A stretch of 64,000 bases of DNA from Elusimicrobiota bacterium (GCA_044221725.1 JBGAON010000001.1:672001-736000); one strand, 5' to 3'; positions 39,373-49,300 are shown, numbered from the stretch's first letter. Numbers and translations: made by a program. Notes: generated by a model not told the origin, from the letters alone.

Positions 39373-41595
39373 ATGAAGAAAGCTCTCGTTGCCATCGTTT
39401 CTGTCGTGTTTTCGTCGACGTCCGCACTCTTTGCCGCATCGCTGGTCGATGCGGTCAATCCTCTCATCGGCACCGACTCCACCTTTGAACTGTCCAACGG
39501 GAACACGTTGCCACTCGTAGCGCTTCCGTGGGCGATGGCTTCGTGGACACCCCAAACCACCGACGCGCGTTGGATTTACCGGTACAAACACAACACGGTT
39601 CAAGGAATTCGGCTCACGCACCAACCGAGCCCTTGGATTGGCGACTACGGACAATTCTGTTTGATGCCGATGGTAGGGACATTGGAGATGAATACGAAGC
39701 GACGCGCGCAGAAATTCGAGCACGCGAACGAACGTATTCGTCCTTACGGATATCACCTCGAACTGCCGACACAGAAAATCACAGTCGAACTCGCGCCTAC
39801 GATGCGCGGAGGAAAATTTCGTTTCTCATTTCCGACGTCCGAACAATCTTACGTGGTTCTCGATGTGCCGGGTCCGAATTCCTACGTGTGCGTGATACCC
39901 GAGCAAAATAAGATTGTGGGGTTTTCGAGCGCCAAAGAAGCGGGGGCGCCAAAGAATTTCGCGAATTATTTTGTGATTGCGTTCGACCGGCCGTTCCTTT
40001 CGTTCGGAACCACGGCGGCACGGCAACAGCGCTCGTTCGAACGCGAACGTCGCGGTGAAAATCTCGGTGCGTTTGTTCAGTTCCGAACCGAAAAATCTCA
40101 GGCGGTCGATGTCAGCGTTGCCACCTCGTTTATCAGCCTGTCGCAAGCAGAGGAAAATCTTGCACGCGAGATCGGCAAAAAAACGTTCGATACCATTCAG
40201 TCCGAAGCAAAACAGGTGTGGGAAACACAGCTTCGAAAAATTGAAATTGAAGGCGCAACGAACGATCAGTTGACGGTTTTTTACACAGCGTTTTACCGAG
40301 CCCTTTTGTTCCCGCACACATTTCACGAATTAAATTCGGATGGGCATGAGCGCCATTACAGTCCGTACGACGGCAAAGTCCATTCGGGTGTGCTCTACAC
40401 AGACAACGGCTTCTGGGATACGTTCCGTGCGGTTTTTCCATTCTTTACCGTGTTGTTTCCAACGCAAGACGGCGAAATCATTCAAGGTTTCGTGAACACG
40501 TTCAAAGAAGGCGGTTGGTTTCCGCAGTGGCCCAGCCCGGGTTACCGCGATTGCATGATCGGTTCGCATTCGGATTCGATTGTCGCCGACGCTTTTGTGA
40601 AAGGCATTCGCAACTTCGACGTTGCTGCGGCCTACGAAGGTTCGGTGAAAAACGGTCGCGAGCAAAGTCGCAAAGGCCAGTTCGGCCGCAAGTCGCTCAA
40701 ATATTTGCGCGATTTGGGCTACATTCCTTGCGATCGACGCGATCAGGCCACGTCGCGCACGCTCGAGTATGCGTACGACGATTTTTGTTTGAGCACATTC
40801 GCGGCGGCGCGCGGTAAGAAAGAAGACGAAGCGGAATTTGCGAAAGGCGCGCGCGCGTACAAAAATGTTTTTAATCCGGCGACGGGTTTTATGCAGGGAC
40901 GCAAGGAAGACGGATCGTGGCGTGAACCGTTCGACCAATTCGAATGGGGGGAGCCGTACACCGAAGGCAACGCTTGGCATTATCTTTGGTTTGTGCCGCA
41001 CGATGTCGGAGGTCTGATTGACTTGCTGGGCGGCAAGCGCGCCTTCGCTGAGAAGTTGGACAAACTTTTCGCGCTGCCGGCAACAATCAATGTGGGTTCG
41101 TACCATGAAACCACACACGACATGCGCGAAATGCGCAAGGCTGGCATGGGGCAATATCATCACGGCAACGAACCCGTTCATCATCTCGCCTACCTGTACA
41201 ACTGGGCCGACGAGCCTTGGAAAACGCAGGCGTTGGTTCGAAAAATTCTCACGCGACTTTATTCGGCGAAACCCGATGGATTGTGCGGCGACGAAGACAC
41301 CGGACAAATGTCGGCGTGGTATCTTTTTTCCGCGATGGGCTTCTATCCGGTGTGTCCGGGAAAGCCCGAATATTCGTTGGGCAGCCCGTTGTTTCGAAAG
41401 GTGGTCCTTCACCTCGAAAACAACAAAATATTTACGATTGAATCGCCGCGTAATAGCGCGCATAATTTGTATGTGAAGACGATTCAGTTAAATGGGCAGG
41501 TCATAAAGGATTTTCGGTTGCGTCACAGCGATATCGTGGCGGGTGGAACATTGCGATTTGAGATGGTGGCAGAGCCGGAACATCGCTTGAAATGA
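39373..41595 (+). CDS. Glycoside hydrolase family 92 (alpha-1,2-mannosidase-like), secreted
   Basis: Signal peptide; VNPLIGT, THQPSPWIGDYG, WDTFRA, SRTLEYAYDD, GNEP, GDEDTGQMSAW, MGFYPV. Confidence 0.93.
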   Translation: MKKALVAIVSVVFSSTSALFAASLVDAVNPLIGTDSTFELSNGNTLPLVALPWAMASWTPQTTDARWIYRYKHNTVQGIRLTHQPSPWIGDYGQFCLMPMVGTLEMNTKRRAQKFEHANERIRPYGYHLELPTQKITVELAPTMRGGKFRFSFPTSEQSYVVLDVPGPNSYVCVIPEQNKIVGFSSAKEAGAPKNFANYFVIAFDRPFLSFGTTAARQQRSFERERRGENLGAFVQFRTEKSQAVDVSVATSFISLSQAEENLAREIGKKTFDTIQSEAKQVWETQLRKIEIEGATNDQLTVFYTAFYRALLFPHTFHELNSDGHERHYSPYDGKVHSGVLYTDNGFWDTFRAVFPFFTVLFPTQDGEIIQGFVNTFKEGGWFPQWPSPGYRDCMIGSHSDSIVADAFVKGIRNFDVAAAYEGSVKNGREQSRKGQFGRKSLKYLRDLGYIPCDRRDQATSRTLEYAYDDFCLSTFAAARGKKEDEAEFAKGARAYKNVFNPATGFMQGRKEDGSWREPFDQFEWGEPYTEGNAWHYLWFVPHDVGGLIDLLGGKRAFAEKLDKLFALPATINVGSYHETTHDMREMRKAGMGQYHHGNEPVHHLAYLYNWADEPWKTQALVRKILTRLYSAKPDGLCGDEDTGQMSAWYLFSAMGFYPVCPGKPEYSLGSPLFRKVVLHLENNKIFTIESPRNSAHNLYVKTIQLNGQVIKDFRLRHSDIVAGGTLRFEMVAEPEHRLK

Positions 41596-43058
41596 TTTTT
41601 ACGTCGCTGCAGTATGTTGTTTTCTTTCCGATCGTTGCCGTAATTTATTTCCTTCTGCCCTACCGATTCCGTTGGTTGCACTTGCTCATCGCCAGCTGCG
41701 TTTTCTACATGGCGTTTATTCCGGCCTACATTCTGATTCTGTTCGGAATTATTCTTGTTGATTATTACACGGCCATTGCCATGGAAAAATCAACGCGTTC
41801 CTCGGTCCGTCTTTTGTTCTTTCTTGCCAGTTGCACCGCCAATATTGGCGTGTTGTGCGTTTTTAAATATTTCAATTTCATTAACGCGAATCTCGCGGCG
41901 CTCTTTGGGCTCGTGGATTTGCCGTACCATGTTCCGATGTTGAAATGGGCTTTGCCGATTGGATTGTCGTTTCATGTTTTTCAGTCGCTCAGTTACACGG
42001 CCGATGTTTATTACGGCTATCAACCGGCTGAAAAACGTTTGGGGTATTACGCACTCTACGTGATGTTCTTTCCGCAACTTGTCGCCGGTCCGATTGAGCG
42101 GCCCGCCCATTTGTTGCCACAACTGCACGCGGAACACAATTTTGATTTTGAGCGGCTCAAAAAGGGCGGCTTTCTGATTCTTGTCGGACTTCTAAAGAAA
42201 ATTGTCGTGGCGGACCGCCTTGGCGTGCTCGTGGACACGGTTTATCAAACACCCTCTGGCGCGAACGGCATCGCGCTGCTGATGGCGACCTTCTTTTTTG
42301 CATTCCAAATTTACGCGGATTTTTCTGCGTATACGAATATCGCTCGTGGATCGGCGCTCATTCTCGGCATTGATCTCATGGAGAATTTTGACTACCCGTT
42401 CTTTTCCGCGTCGATTCGAGAGTTCTGGCGCCGTTGGCACATTTCGCTCTCCAATTGGCTAGGCGATTACGTGTTTGTTCCATTGTGCGTGTCGATAAAA
42501 AAGCCGAAGCCTTGGAAACAATACGTCGCTTTGCTCGCTACATTTTTCATCAGCGGATTGTGGCATGGTGCGAACTGGACATTCGTTTTGTTTGGTCTCA
42601 CACACGGTATCGCTTATGTGATTGAAACGATTTGGGAGCGCTGGCGTCAGTCATGGGAGAACATTCCGTTCTTGAACCGTTTGCCGGAGGCGCCGCACGC
42701 GCTGCAAGTCTTCACCACATTTTCGATTTGCATGATTGGTTGGGTGTTTTTCCGTTCTCCTTCATTGGCCGTCGCCTCGCAGGTGTTTCACCGCATTGGT
42801 TCGTCGCTCGTCCATTTTTCTTTTGCGGATGTGGAATCGGCGATCGCGGCTTTCCCGTCGCGGATTGATCTCGTCTGCGGAATCTTTTTTATTCTCTCGC
42901 TGCTCGTTCTTGAAATGAGAGATCAGCGGGTGCCCGTCAGCGACTGGATTTTCAAACAGCCGGAATTTACCCAATGGGCGGTCGGTTACAGCCTGCTTTC
43001 GTTGTTAATTATTTTCGGTCGCTTTCAAGCGGCTCAGTTCATTTACTTTCAATTCTAA
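41592..43058 (+). CDS. MBOAT family O-acyltransferase (AlgI/DltB-like)
   Basis: LPIGLSFHVFQ, FFPQLVAGPIER, QIYADFS, FWRRWHISLS, GLWHGANW, FIYFQF end. Confidence 0.95.
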   Translation: MIFTSLQYVVFFPIVAVIYFLLPYRFRWLHLLIASCVFYMAFIPAYILILFGIILVDYYTAIAMEKSTRSSVRLLFFLASCTANIGVLCVFKYFNFINANLAALFGLVDLPYHVPMLKWALPIGLSFHVFQSLSYTADVYYGYQPAEKRLGYYALYVMFFPQLVAGPIERPAHLLPQLHAEHNFDFERLKKGGFLILVGLLKKIVVADRLGVLVDTVYQTPSGANGIALLMATFFFAFQIYADFSAYTNIARGSALILGIDLMENFDYPFFSASIREFWRRWHISLSNWLGDYVFVPLCVSIKKPKPWKQYVALLATFFISGLWHGANWTFVLFGLTHGIAYVIETIWERWRQSWENIPFLNRLPEAPHALQVFTTFSICMIGWVFFRSPSLAVASQVFHRIGSSLVHFSFADVESAIAAFPSRIDLVCGIFFILSLLVLEMRDQRVPVSDWIFKQPEFTQWAVGYSLLSLLIIFGRFQAAQFIYFQF

Positions 43059-43477
43059 TGGTGATGAAACAGATCAAAATTGAAGTCGGTGCGGTGGCGG
43101 AACTACCATTCGTGGTTTCCGAACAGGACCTCGATGCCTTCGCCCATCTCAGCGGCGATGCCAATCCGCTCCATTGCAACGACGCGTACGCCCGGTCGCA
43201 CGGTTTCCGGTCGCGCGTGGTGCACGGCGCACGAATCGTCGCGCACATTTCGAAAATGCTCGGCATGACGCTTCCGGGAAACGGATGGATCTGGCACAGC
43301 CTCAATATTCGGTTCCGCGCCCCGCTTTACATCGGTGACGAAGCGATACTTACTGGAAAAATTATTTACGAGCAGGAAGCGTTGGAAATCGTGCGCATGG
43401 AAGTGACTCTCCGCAAAGGGGATGAGGTTCTCGCCGACGGCGATGTGCAAGCCGGCCGGCTGAGCAACAAATCATGA
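43058..43477 (+). CDS. MaoC-family (hotdog-fold) dehydratase
   Basis: FAHLSGDANPLH, VVHG, FRAPLYIGD. Confidence 0.9.
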   Translation: MVMKQIKIEVGAVAELPFVVSEQDLDAFAHLSGDANPLHCNDAYARSHGFRSRVVHGARIVAHISKMLGMTLPGNGWIWHSLNIRFRAPLYIGDEAILTGKIIYEQEALEIVRMEVTLRKGDEVLADGDVQAGRLSNKS

Positions 43478-44205
43478 AGACAGTTCTTGTAACCGGGGGC
43501 AGCAGCGGTATTGGCGCGGCTCTTGCACGACGGGCCGGAAAATCGGACTGGAACGTGATTGTTGGTTATGGAAACGGAAAAGAGCGCGCCGATCAGCTTG
43601 TGTCAGAAATAAGGACGAACGGCGGCAACGCGTCGGCGCTGCCATTGGCGTTGCATGACGCCGCGCAGATGAAAGACGCGGTGACGAAAATTTCCACGCT
43701 GGTGCCACGTCTGGACGCGGTTGTCTTGTGCGCATCGCCGGCTCCGGTTCTGCAATCGTTTTTGAAAATGACGGCCGCAAACTTTAATGATCAGTTGCAC
43801 GTCAATGTTGTTTCGAACCACGCGCTTATCGTTGAGATTTGGAAAAGTTTTTTTCAAAAACAGGATGGCGGCCACGTGGTCGCCGTGCTGTCGGCGGCGA
43901 TGGAATCGCCGCCGTGGAAACACATGAGCGCGTACGTCGTTGCGAAAGCAGCGCTGCAGCAATTGTTGGAATCCGCATTAGCCGAACTTGGAGCGGATGG
44001 TTTGCGGGCGAGCGCATTTTTTCCCGACTACACCGACACGCCGATGCTGCAAGCGTGCCATCCGCTGGTTATCGAGGCGGCACGTGCATCTCGGCCGAAC
44101 GGTCGATTCTGGGATCCCGACCAAGTGGCGCAAAAAATAATGTCGGCGCTCGAAAATCCTCCAGCCGACGCGCGCCTCAGGCGTGAGTGGATGAAACTAA
44201 CATGA
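43474..44205 (+). CDS. Short-chain dehydrogenase/reductase (ketoreductase-like)
   Basis: TGGSSGIG Rossmann motif, YVVAK catalytic motif. Confidence 0.9.
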   Translation: MKTVLVTGGSSGIGAALARRAGKSDWNVIVGYGNGKERADQLVSEIRTNGGNASALPLALHDAAQMKDAVTKISTLVPRLDAVVLCASPAPVLQSFLKMTAANFNDQLHVNVVSNHALIVEIWKSFFQKQDGGHVVAVLSAAMESPPWKHMSAYVVAKAALQQLLESALAELGADGLRASAFFPDYTDTPMLQACHPLVIEAARASRPNGRFWDPDQVAQKIMSALENPPADARLRREWMKLT

Positions 44206-46016
44206 GCACCACCGCAACGTTTGCCGATTTTATTTCTCTCGCCAACCAGGATTTGGATTTTGTGGCGACGATGAAGCTTGATAACCGCTTCCAATCGTTC
44301 CTCACAGAAAAGTCGACGCACGGTTTCCCGGTTTTGCGGCTTGCCATTTTAGCGGCGGCTACCATGGATCATTTGCTGCCGGCCATTCGTGTGGGCGCGC
44401 TGCGGCGTGGAGTGGTGGTTGAATGTTATCTGGCTCCCTTTGACCAGATTCAGCAGGAATTGCTCGTCGAGACATCCGGTTGTTACGCGTTCAAGCCCGA
44501 TGTTGTGTTGGTGTCATGTGATTCGCTGAGCAAAATGCCGGAGCTGCCATTGGCCGCGTCGGAGGAGGTAATTCAAAAAACCGTGGTGGCTCTTTCGTCC
44601 GAATGGGCTCGTGCCTGGGATGTGATTCAAAACAAACTGAATGCCGTCGTTGTTCAATCGACGTTTCTCACGCCGCCTTTGCGGATGTTTGGAGAATTCG
44701 ATGCGCGTGTGCCCGCGTCGCCGTTTGCGCTCGTGCAACGTTTGAATGCGACCTTACGAGCGGAAGCGGCGAAGAAAAATGTTTTGTTGCTCGATATTGA
44801 TTCGATGGCGATGGAGCAGGGAATTGCCCAGTGGTTTGATGTTTCACTCTGGCATCATGCGAAGCAAATGATCTCGCCGGTCGCCGCGCCGCTTTTTGGC
44901 AAACGTGTTGGACAAATACTCGGTGCGGTGCGCGGCACATCGAAAAAATGTTTGGTGTTGGATTTGGATAACGTTTTGTGGGGCGGCGTGGTTGGCGATG
45001 ATGGTGTTCAAGGGCTCGTGTTCGGCCAGGGCGACGCGGTGGGCGAAGCCTTTCTCGCGTTTCAGCGTTACGTAAAACGGCTTAAAGAAGCCGGCGTGTT
45101 GTTGGCCGTGTGCAGCAAGAACGATGAATCTGTCGCCCGCGAAGTATTTGAGAAGCGTTCGGACATGCCATTAAAATTGAACGACTTCTCTATCTTTGTG
45201 GCCAATTGGAACGACAAAGCGACAAACATGGAATTCATTTCCAAGCAGTTGAACATTGGTTTGGATTCTCTGGTTTTTTTCGACGACAACCCCGCCGAAC
45301 GTGAGCTTATTCGACAGAAATTTCCGGTGATGGCAGTGCCAGAGGTGCCAGTTGATCCGTCGGGCTATGTCGATTGTCTGTCGCAAGCCGGATTTTTTGA
45401 AGCGGCCCAATTTTCTTCGGAAGATGCGAACCGATCGACGTTTTATGCGTCGAACGCACAGAGAACGGAAGCGGCCAATCAAGCGCACGACATAACGGAT
45501 TTTTTAAAAAGCTTGGAAATGGAACTCGAAATATCGCGGTTCGATGATGTTGGTGTCGCGCGCATTTCGCAGTTGATCAACAAAAGCAACCAGTACAATC
45601 TGACCACGCGCCGTTACACCGACGCCCAAGTGCGCCGGATGGTAAACGAACCGAATCTTTTAACGTACCAGGCGCGACTCAAAGACAAATTCGGTGACAA
45701 TGGAATGATCAGCGTCATCATAGCGAAGCCGTTCGACGATAAATCCCTCGTTATCGATACGTGGCTCATGAGTTGTCGCGTGCTTGGGCGGCAGGTGGAA
45801 CACAATTTGCTCAATTCGTTGGTGGCCGACGCGAAACGCGCCGGGTACAAAAAAATCATCGGCGAATATATCCCCACCGACAAAAACCACATGGTTCAGG
45901 CTTTGTACCCATCGTTTGGATTTAAAGCGATGAGCCCGAACGGTCACGCATCGCTCCTGTGGGAGTTGGATCTCGGATCGTACACGCCGTTTAAGACGTT
46001 CATCAAATCCATCTAG
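44202..46016 (+). CDS. FkbH-like HAD-IIIC glyceryl transferase/phosphatase
   Basis: KCLVLDLDNVLWGG, CSKND, FFDDNPAER, QLINKSNQYNLTT, MSCRVLGR. Confidence 0.93.
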   Translation: MSTTATFADFISLANQDLDFVATMKLDNRFQSFLTEKSTHGFPVLRLAILAAATMDHLLPAIRVGALRRGVVVECYLAPFDQIQQELLVETSGCYAFKPDVVLVSCDSLSKMPELPLAASEEVIQKTVVALSSEWARAWDVIQNKLNAVVVQSTFLTPPLRMFGEFDARVPASPFALVQRLNATLRAEAAKKNVLLLDIDSMAMEQGIAQWFDVSLWHHAKQMISPVAAPLFGKRVGQILGAVRGTSKKCLVLDLDNVLWGGVVGDDGVQGLVFGQGDAVGEAFLAFQRYVKRLKEAGVLLAVCSKNDESVAREVFEKRSDMPLKLNDFSIFVANWNDKATNMEFISKQLNIGLDSLVFFDDNPAERELIRQKFPVMAVPEVPVDPSGYVDCLSQAGFFEAAQFSSEDANRSTFYASNAQRTEAANQAHDITDFLKSLEMELEISRFDDVGVARISQLINKSNQYNLTTRRYTDAQVRRMVNEPNLLTYQARLKDKFGDNGMISVIIAKPFDDKSLVIDTWLMSCRVLGRQVEHNLLNSLVADAKRAGYKKIIGEYIPTDKNHMVQALYPSFGFKAMSPNGHASLLWELDLGSYTPFKTFIKSI

Positions 46017-46026
46017 AGAGGATGCC

Positions 46027-46287
46027 ATGGAAAATATTTCGCGCGAAGAAGTGAAAAACAGTTTGACGGAAATTTTTCGGAACGTATTTGATAACGACGC
46101 GATCACGCTGCACGATGAAATGACCGCGAAAGACGTCAAACGCTGGGATTCGCTGAATCACATCAATCTCATCGTCGCCACCGAGCAGAAATTCAAAGTG
46201 AAATTCATCACCGCGGAAGTCATTCGATTAAAAAATGTCGGCGGGTTCATCGATATGATCCTGCAGAAGCTGGCCGCGAAAAAATGA
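46027..46287 (+). CDS. Acyl carrier protein
   Basis: WDSLNH phosphopantetheine-attachment motif; RBS GAGG. Confidence 0.92.
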   Translation: MENISREEVKNSLTEIFRNVFDNDAITLHDEMTAKDVKRWDSLNHINLIVATEQKFKVKFITAEVIRLKNVGGFIDMILQKLAAKK

Positions 46288-47432
46288 TGGCTCTATTGCC
46301 AATGGTCCGTGACATAATCAAACTCGGATTGTTGTGCGTTTTGCTGGTGCTTCCTCTTGAGCTGCGTTTGCGCGTGTTCCAGTCGTCGCCATACATCGTG
46401 AAAGGACAGAAGGTCATTCTTCCCGCGAACAAGACGTACGTCTACGTAACGCACAATTCGAAAAAGCTCGACCCGGTTATTTATGTAAAGAAAAACGCGC
46501 TCGGATTCCGTGGGCCGGAGCGCCCACAAAACTTTCACGACTATTGTTCGATTATTTTTATGGGCGGGAGTTCGTTGGCGGCCGATAACTTGACTGAAGG
46601 GAAAACGTGGATCGATGATCTCAGCCGCATGTTTTCGAGCGATTTCACAAACGTTTGGATTAACAATGCCGGTTTCATGGGGCATTCGACCGTCGCTCAC
46701 CTCACATTGCTCGCGGATTACGTCGTGAATATTAAACCCGATATCGTGGTCTTCTTCGTCGGTGAGAACGAAATAAGTTTGATTCGCCAAATTGATGCCG
46801 ATGAAAACATTGTGCGCGGCACCTGGCACACGTCGGGCGTTCGGTCGTTTCTGTTGTCGATCATGCGGAATATTGACTCCGTCAATCTCGCGGTGAACCT
46901 GTACCAAACGTACGCGCGCCACGCGCGGCCGGGCGCCTATCGGGAATTGGATTTTCGCGCGGACAAAAAAATTGCGATTTCGGCGGAAGAGCGGCAAAAG
47001 CGCGTCCGCGATTACGAGCAAACAATTCTTCCAGTCGCGATGGCGCGCGTTCAAAAGCTGGTCGACATTTGTCGAGCGAACGGAATTCAGCCGGTGTTTC
47101 TTACGTTCACGGCGCTTTACAACACCGACATCGATCCCGAAACGGGCGAGCGAATTTCCGACTTTGAAGTCGACACAAACCGCAACGCGGAATTGTCACG
47201 CGAGCTCATGGGTGTGATCAATGCGCGCATTCGCGGGTTACGCGATCAAGGCGTGGTCGTTATCGATGTCGACAAGAAAATGCCGAAGAGCTCGCGCTAC
47301 TTTTCGGATTATTTCCATTTCACAAACGACGGCGCCACCGAGATGGCAAAGGCAATTTATCCGGAACTGAAGGCGGTCGTTGAAAAATATTCAGTGGTAA
47401 GAAAGCGGGCAGGAAATAATAAGGAAAGTTAG
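46284..47432 (+). CDS. Membrane-anchored SGNH/GDSL-fold protein
   Basis: N-terminal TM, NALGFRG, MGGSS, NNAG, GENE, DYFH. Confidence 0.85.
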   Translation: MMALLPMVRDIIKLGLLCVLLVLPLELRLRVFQSSPYIVKGQKVILPANKTYVYVTHNSKKLDPVIYVKKNALGFRGPERPQNFHDYCSIIFMGGSSLAADNLTEGKTWIDDLSRMFSSDFTNVWINNAGFMGHSTVAHLTLLADYVVNIKPDIVVFFVGENEISLIRQIDADENIVRGTWHTSGVRSFLLSIMRNIDSVNLAVNLYQTYARHARPGAYRELDFRADKKIAISAEERQKRVRDYEQTILPVAMARVQKLVDICRANGIQPVFLTFTALYNTDIDPETGERISDFEVDTNRNAELSRELMGVINARIRGLRDQGVVVIDVDKKMPKSSRYFSDYFHFTNDGATEMAKAIYPELKAVVEKYSVVRKRAGNNKES

Positions 47433-47447
47433 CCGAGGATCGGGATC

Positions 47448-47528
47448 CAGCCTTCGCTCTGCGAGCTACGGCCGGCAAGCGAACCTAAATGCGAAGGCTG
47501 TCCACCGTAGCCGTCAGGCGTAGGTGGA
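47448..47528. repeat. REP-like structured palindrome (nested inverted repeats, possible pseudoknot)
   Basis: cagccttcgc(47448)/gcgaaggctg(47491); tccacc(47501)/ggtgga(47523); gctacgg(47465)/ccgtagc(47505). Confidence 0.75.
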
Positions 47529-47576
47529 GACTCTTGTATAATCCATTTCCCTTCAATAAATCCCCGGGATGCGTTC

Positions 47577-47813
47577 ATGTATGTTTATTTGCTTAGAAGT
47601 TTGTCCTCTCCAGATCAAAGTTACGTTGGTTTAACCAGAAACCTGAGGCGTCGATTTGCAGAGCATCAGTCTGGGAAGACTTTCCACACAGATAAATTTC
47701 GACCTTGGAAGATCAGTTTCGCGATATGGTTTGATGATCCTGTCAAAGCAAGCAGGTTTGAGAGATATTTAAAAACAGGATCCGGTTGTGCTTTCCGAAA
47801 GAGGCATTTATAA
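47577..47813 (+). CDS. Small stand-alone GIY-YIG nuclease
   Basis: YVYLL...SYVG.T.NL.RR..EH..G....T....PW...A..FE..LK.GSG pattern. Confidence 0.9.
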   Translation: MYVYLLRSLSSPDQSYVGLTRNLRRRFAEHQSGKTFHTDKFRPWKISFAIWFDDPVKASRFERYLKTGSGCAFRKRHL

Positions 47814-47816
47814 GTT

Positions 47817-47858
47817 AGCCGAGGATCGGGATCGAACCGACGACCTGCCGCTTACGAA
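47817..47858 (-). repeat. 3' half of native tRNA-Thr(CGT); att junction with core TTACGAA at 47852-47858
   Basis: Identical to 56535-56576; identity ends exactly at the anticodon loop. Confidence 0.92.
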
Positions 47859-48077
47859 TATCGAGGGATATTTTAACTCATCGGATTGAAAATATTGATA
47901 ATTCAATATGTTTCAATGTTTCCCTGATTTTCTTGATTCCCTCAGACTTCAAAATTCTCCCGAAAGAACCCGCAAAATGTCGTGATTCATCCCAAACCGG
48001 CAAGAATTAATACTACATAACGACTTCAAAAGGAATTTCGCAGACTTCGAAATATTTCGAGGACTCCCACTTTGGAC

Positions 48078-49118
48078 TTATATCAGAGTGTCTATGCGGT
48101 TCAAGGTGCCTTGCAGGTCCTGTTGGGAGAGATGTCCATACGTCCCTTCCGTCACTTCTACCGATGAATGTCCAACCAGCTTAGAAACCTTGTAGATCGG
48201 CTCTCCTGCAGCTAGAAGCCTTTGAATAAACGTATGCCGTAACGAATGGAATGTCACATTAGGGTATCCCAAGTTACGGGTAATGTCAGAGAACCAATCT
48301 GAAACTGTCCAATGCGTTGTATCACCTAGAACAAAATCGTCCGCCTTCTTTCCTTCCATTTGTTCTCGGATAAACGATTTCAAGTTGGGAGACATTGGAA
48401 CGTGTCTGGATCGTCCGTTCTTCGTTTCAGGAAGGAAGATCGTGTTTGAATGGAGGGAAACATCCCTTGCCTTGATATGAGCCACTTCCCCAAGTCTCAT
48501 TCCTGTATGCAAAGCAACATAATAGAACGGCCATAGCTTGTCATGCTTGATGACTTCACCCCGAATAATCTTCTCTTCGTCAGGCCCAATAAACCGTGGC
48601 TTATTGCGAGGTAGCCTCGGCATAGACACCTTTGCAGCAGGATTCCGCCCATTGTATTTGTCGTGCTTGATTAAGGCGTTTATCATCGCTTTTAGGATGG
48701 AATGGTAATGGTTAATCGTCTGTGCTGAATAATTCTTCTTTGTCCGTTTGCTGATCTGATTGGATAGGTGAGTTCGTAAGTCTCTAACGTCATCTGCCGT
48801 GATCTCCCGGATTAGTTTTCCTCGTCCGAAGAAGTTCATGATTCCCGTTAGCATCAGCCTATCGTCATTGTGATCTCGTTTGTGGGGAGTAATTTGCTTC
48901 CAATACCATTCGCAACCCTCCTCAAACGTGATGTTATGGTTGGCACCGTTATTAATGAGATCTGGATAAGTCTCGGCCTTGATGGCTTCATCCTTCTTAG
49001 CTGCTTCCGCATCCAAAGCCTGCTGTCTCGTCCGAAAGCCGGATTTGTAATGGTTTGTTCCCTTTCTCATGAATTCGTAATGCCACAGTCCTGATTGTTT
49101 GTCTTGTTTAACGCTCAT
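48078..49118 (-). CDS. Tyrosine recombinase/integrase
   Basis: HTGMRLGE (R), TKNG (K), FHSLRH (HxxR), VGH, TY catalytic residues; N-terminal arm-binding-like domain; GGAGG RBS. Confidence 0.95.
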   Translation of the reverse strand: MSVKQDKQSGLWHYEFMRKGTNHYKSGFRTRQQALDAEAAKKDEAIKAETYPDLINNGANHNITFEEGCEWYWKQITPHKRDHNDDRLMLTGIMNFFGRGKLIREITADDVRDLRTHLSNQISKRTKKNYSAQTINHYHSILKAMINALIKHDKYNGRNPAAKVSMPRLPRNKPRFIGPDEEKIIRGEVIKHDKLWPFYYVALHTGMRLGEVAHIKARDVSLHSNTIFLPETKNGRSRHVPMSPNLKSFIREQMEGKKADDFVLGDTTHWTVSDWFSDITRNLGYPNVTFHSLRHTFIQRLLAAGEPIYKVSKLVGHSSVEVTEGTYGHLSQQDLQGTLNRIDTLI

Positions 49119-49247
49119 ATTAATTTCCTCCTATAGAGAGTCGTCACAATAGTTATTCACAATCTTGGGACGTTCATTACTCTTTATATGGGAAATCATG
49201 ATTTCTATTTACAATGACAAGGATTTCAATCGTTATCGTCTGGATAA

Positions 49248-49285
49248 AAAAATACCCTTCAACTACAAAAATGAAGGGTATTTTT
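49248..49285. terminator. Bidirectional intrinsic terminator
   Basis: aaaaatacccttca-N10-tgaagggtattttt. Confidence 0.8.
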
Positions 49286-49300
49286 CCCAGGCTAGAGGTA

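Larger units (their letters stand above)
47426..47833 (+). mobile_element. GIY-YIG mini-element bounded by a 22-bp direct repeat overlapping the tRNA-Thr 3' end
   Basis: aagttagccgaggatcgggatc at 47426-47447 and 47812-47833 encloses a palindromic segment and one nuclease ORF. Confidence 0.7.

Noticed and set aside
47448..47528. Palindrome as a tRNA-trailer HDV-like ribozyme
   Set aside because: It does not directly follow a mature tRNA 3' end in tRNA orientation, and I could not map the HDV catalytic core by eye.
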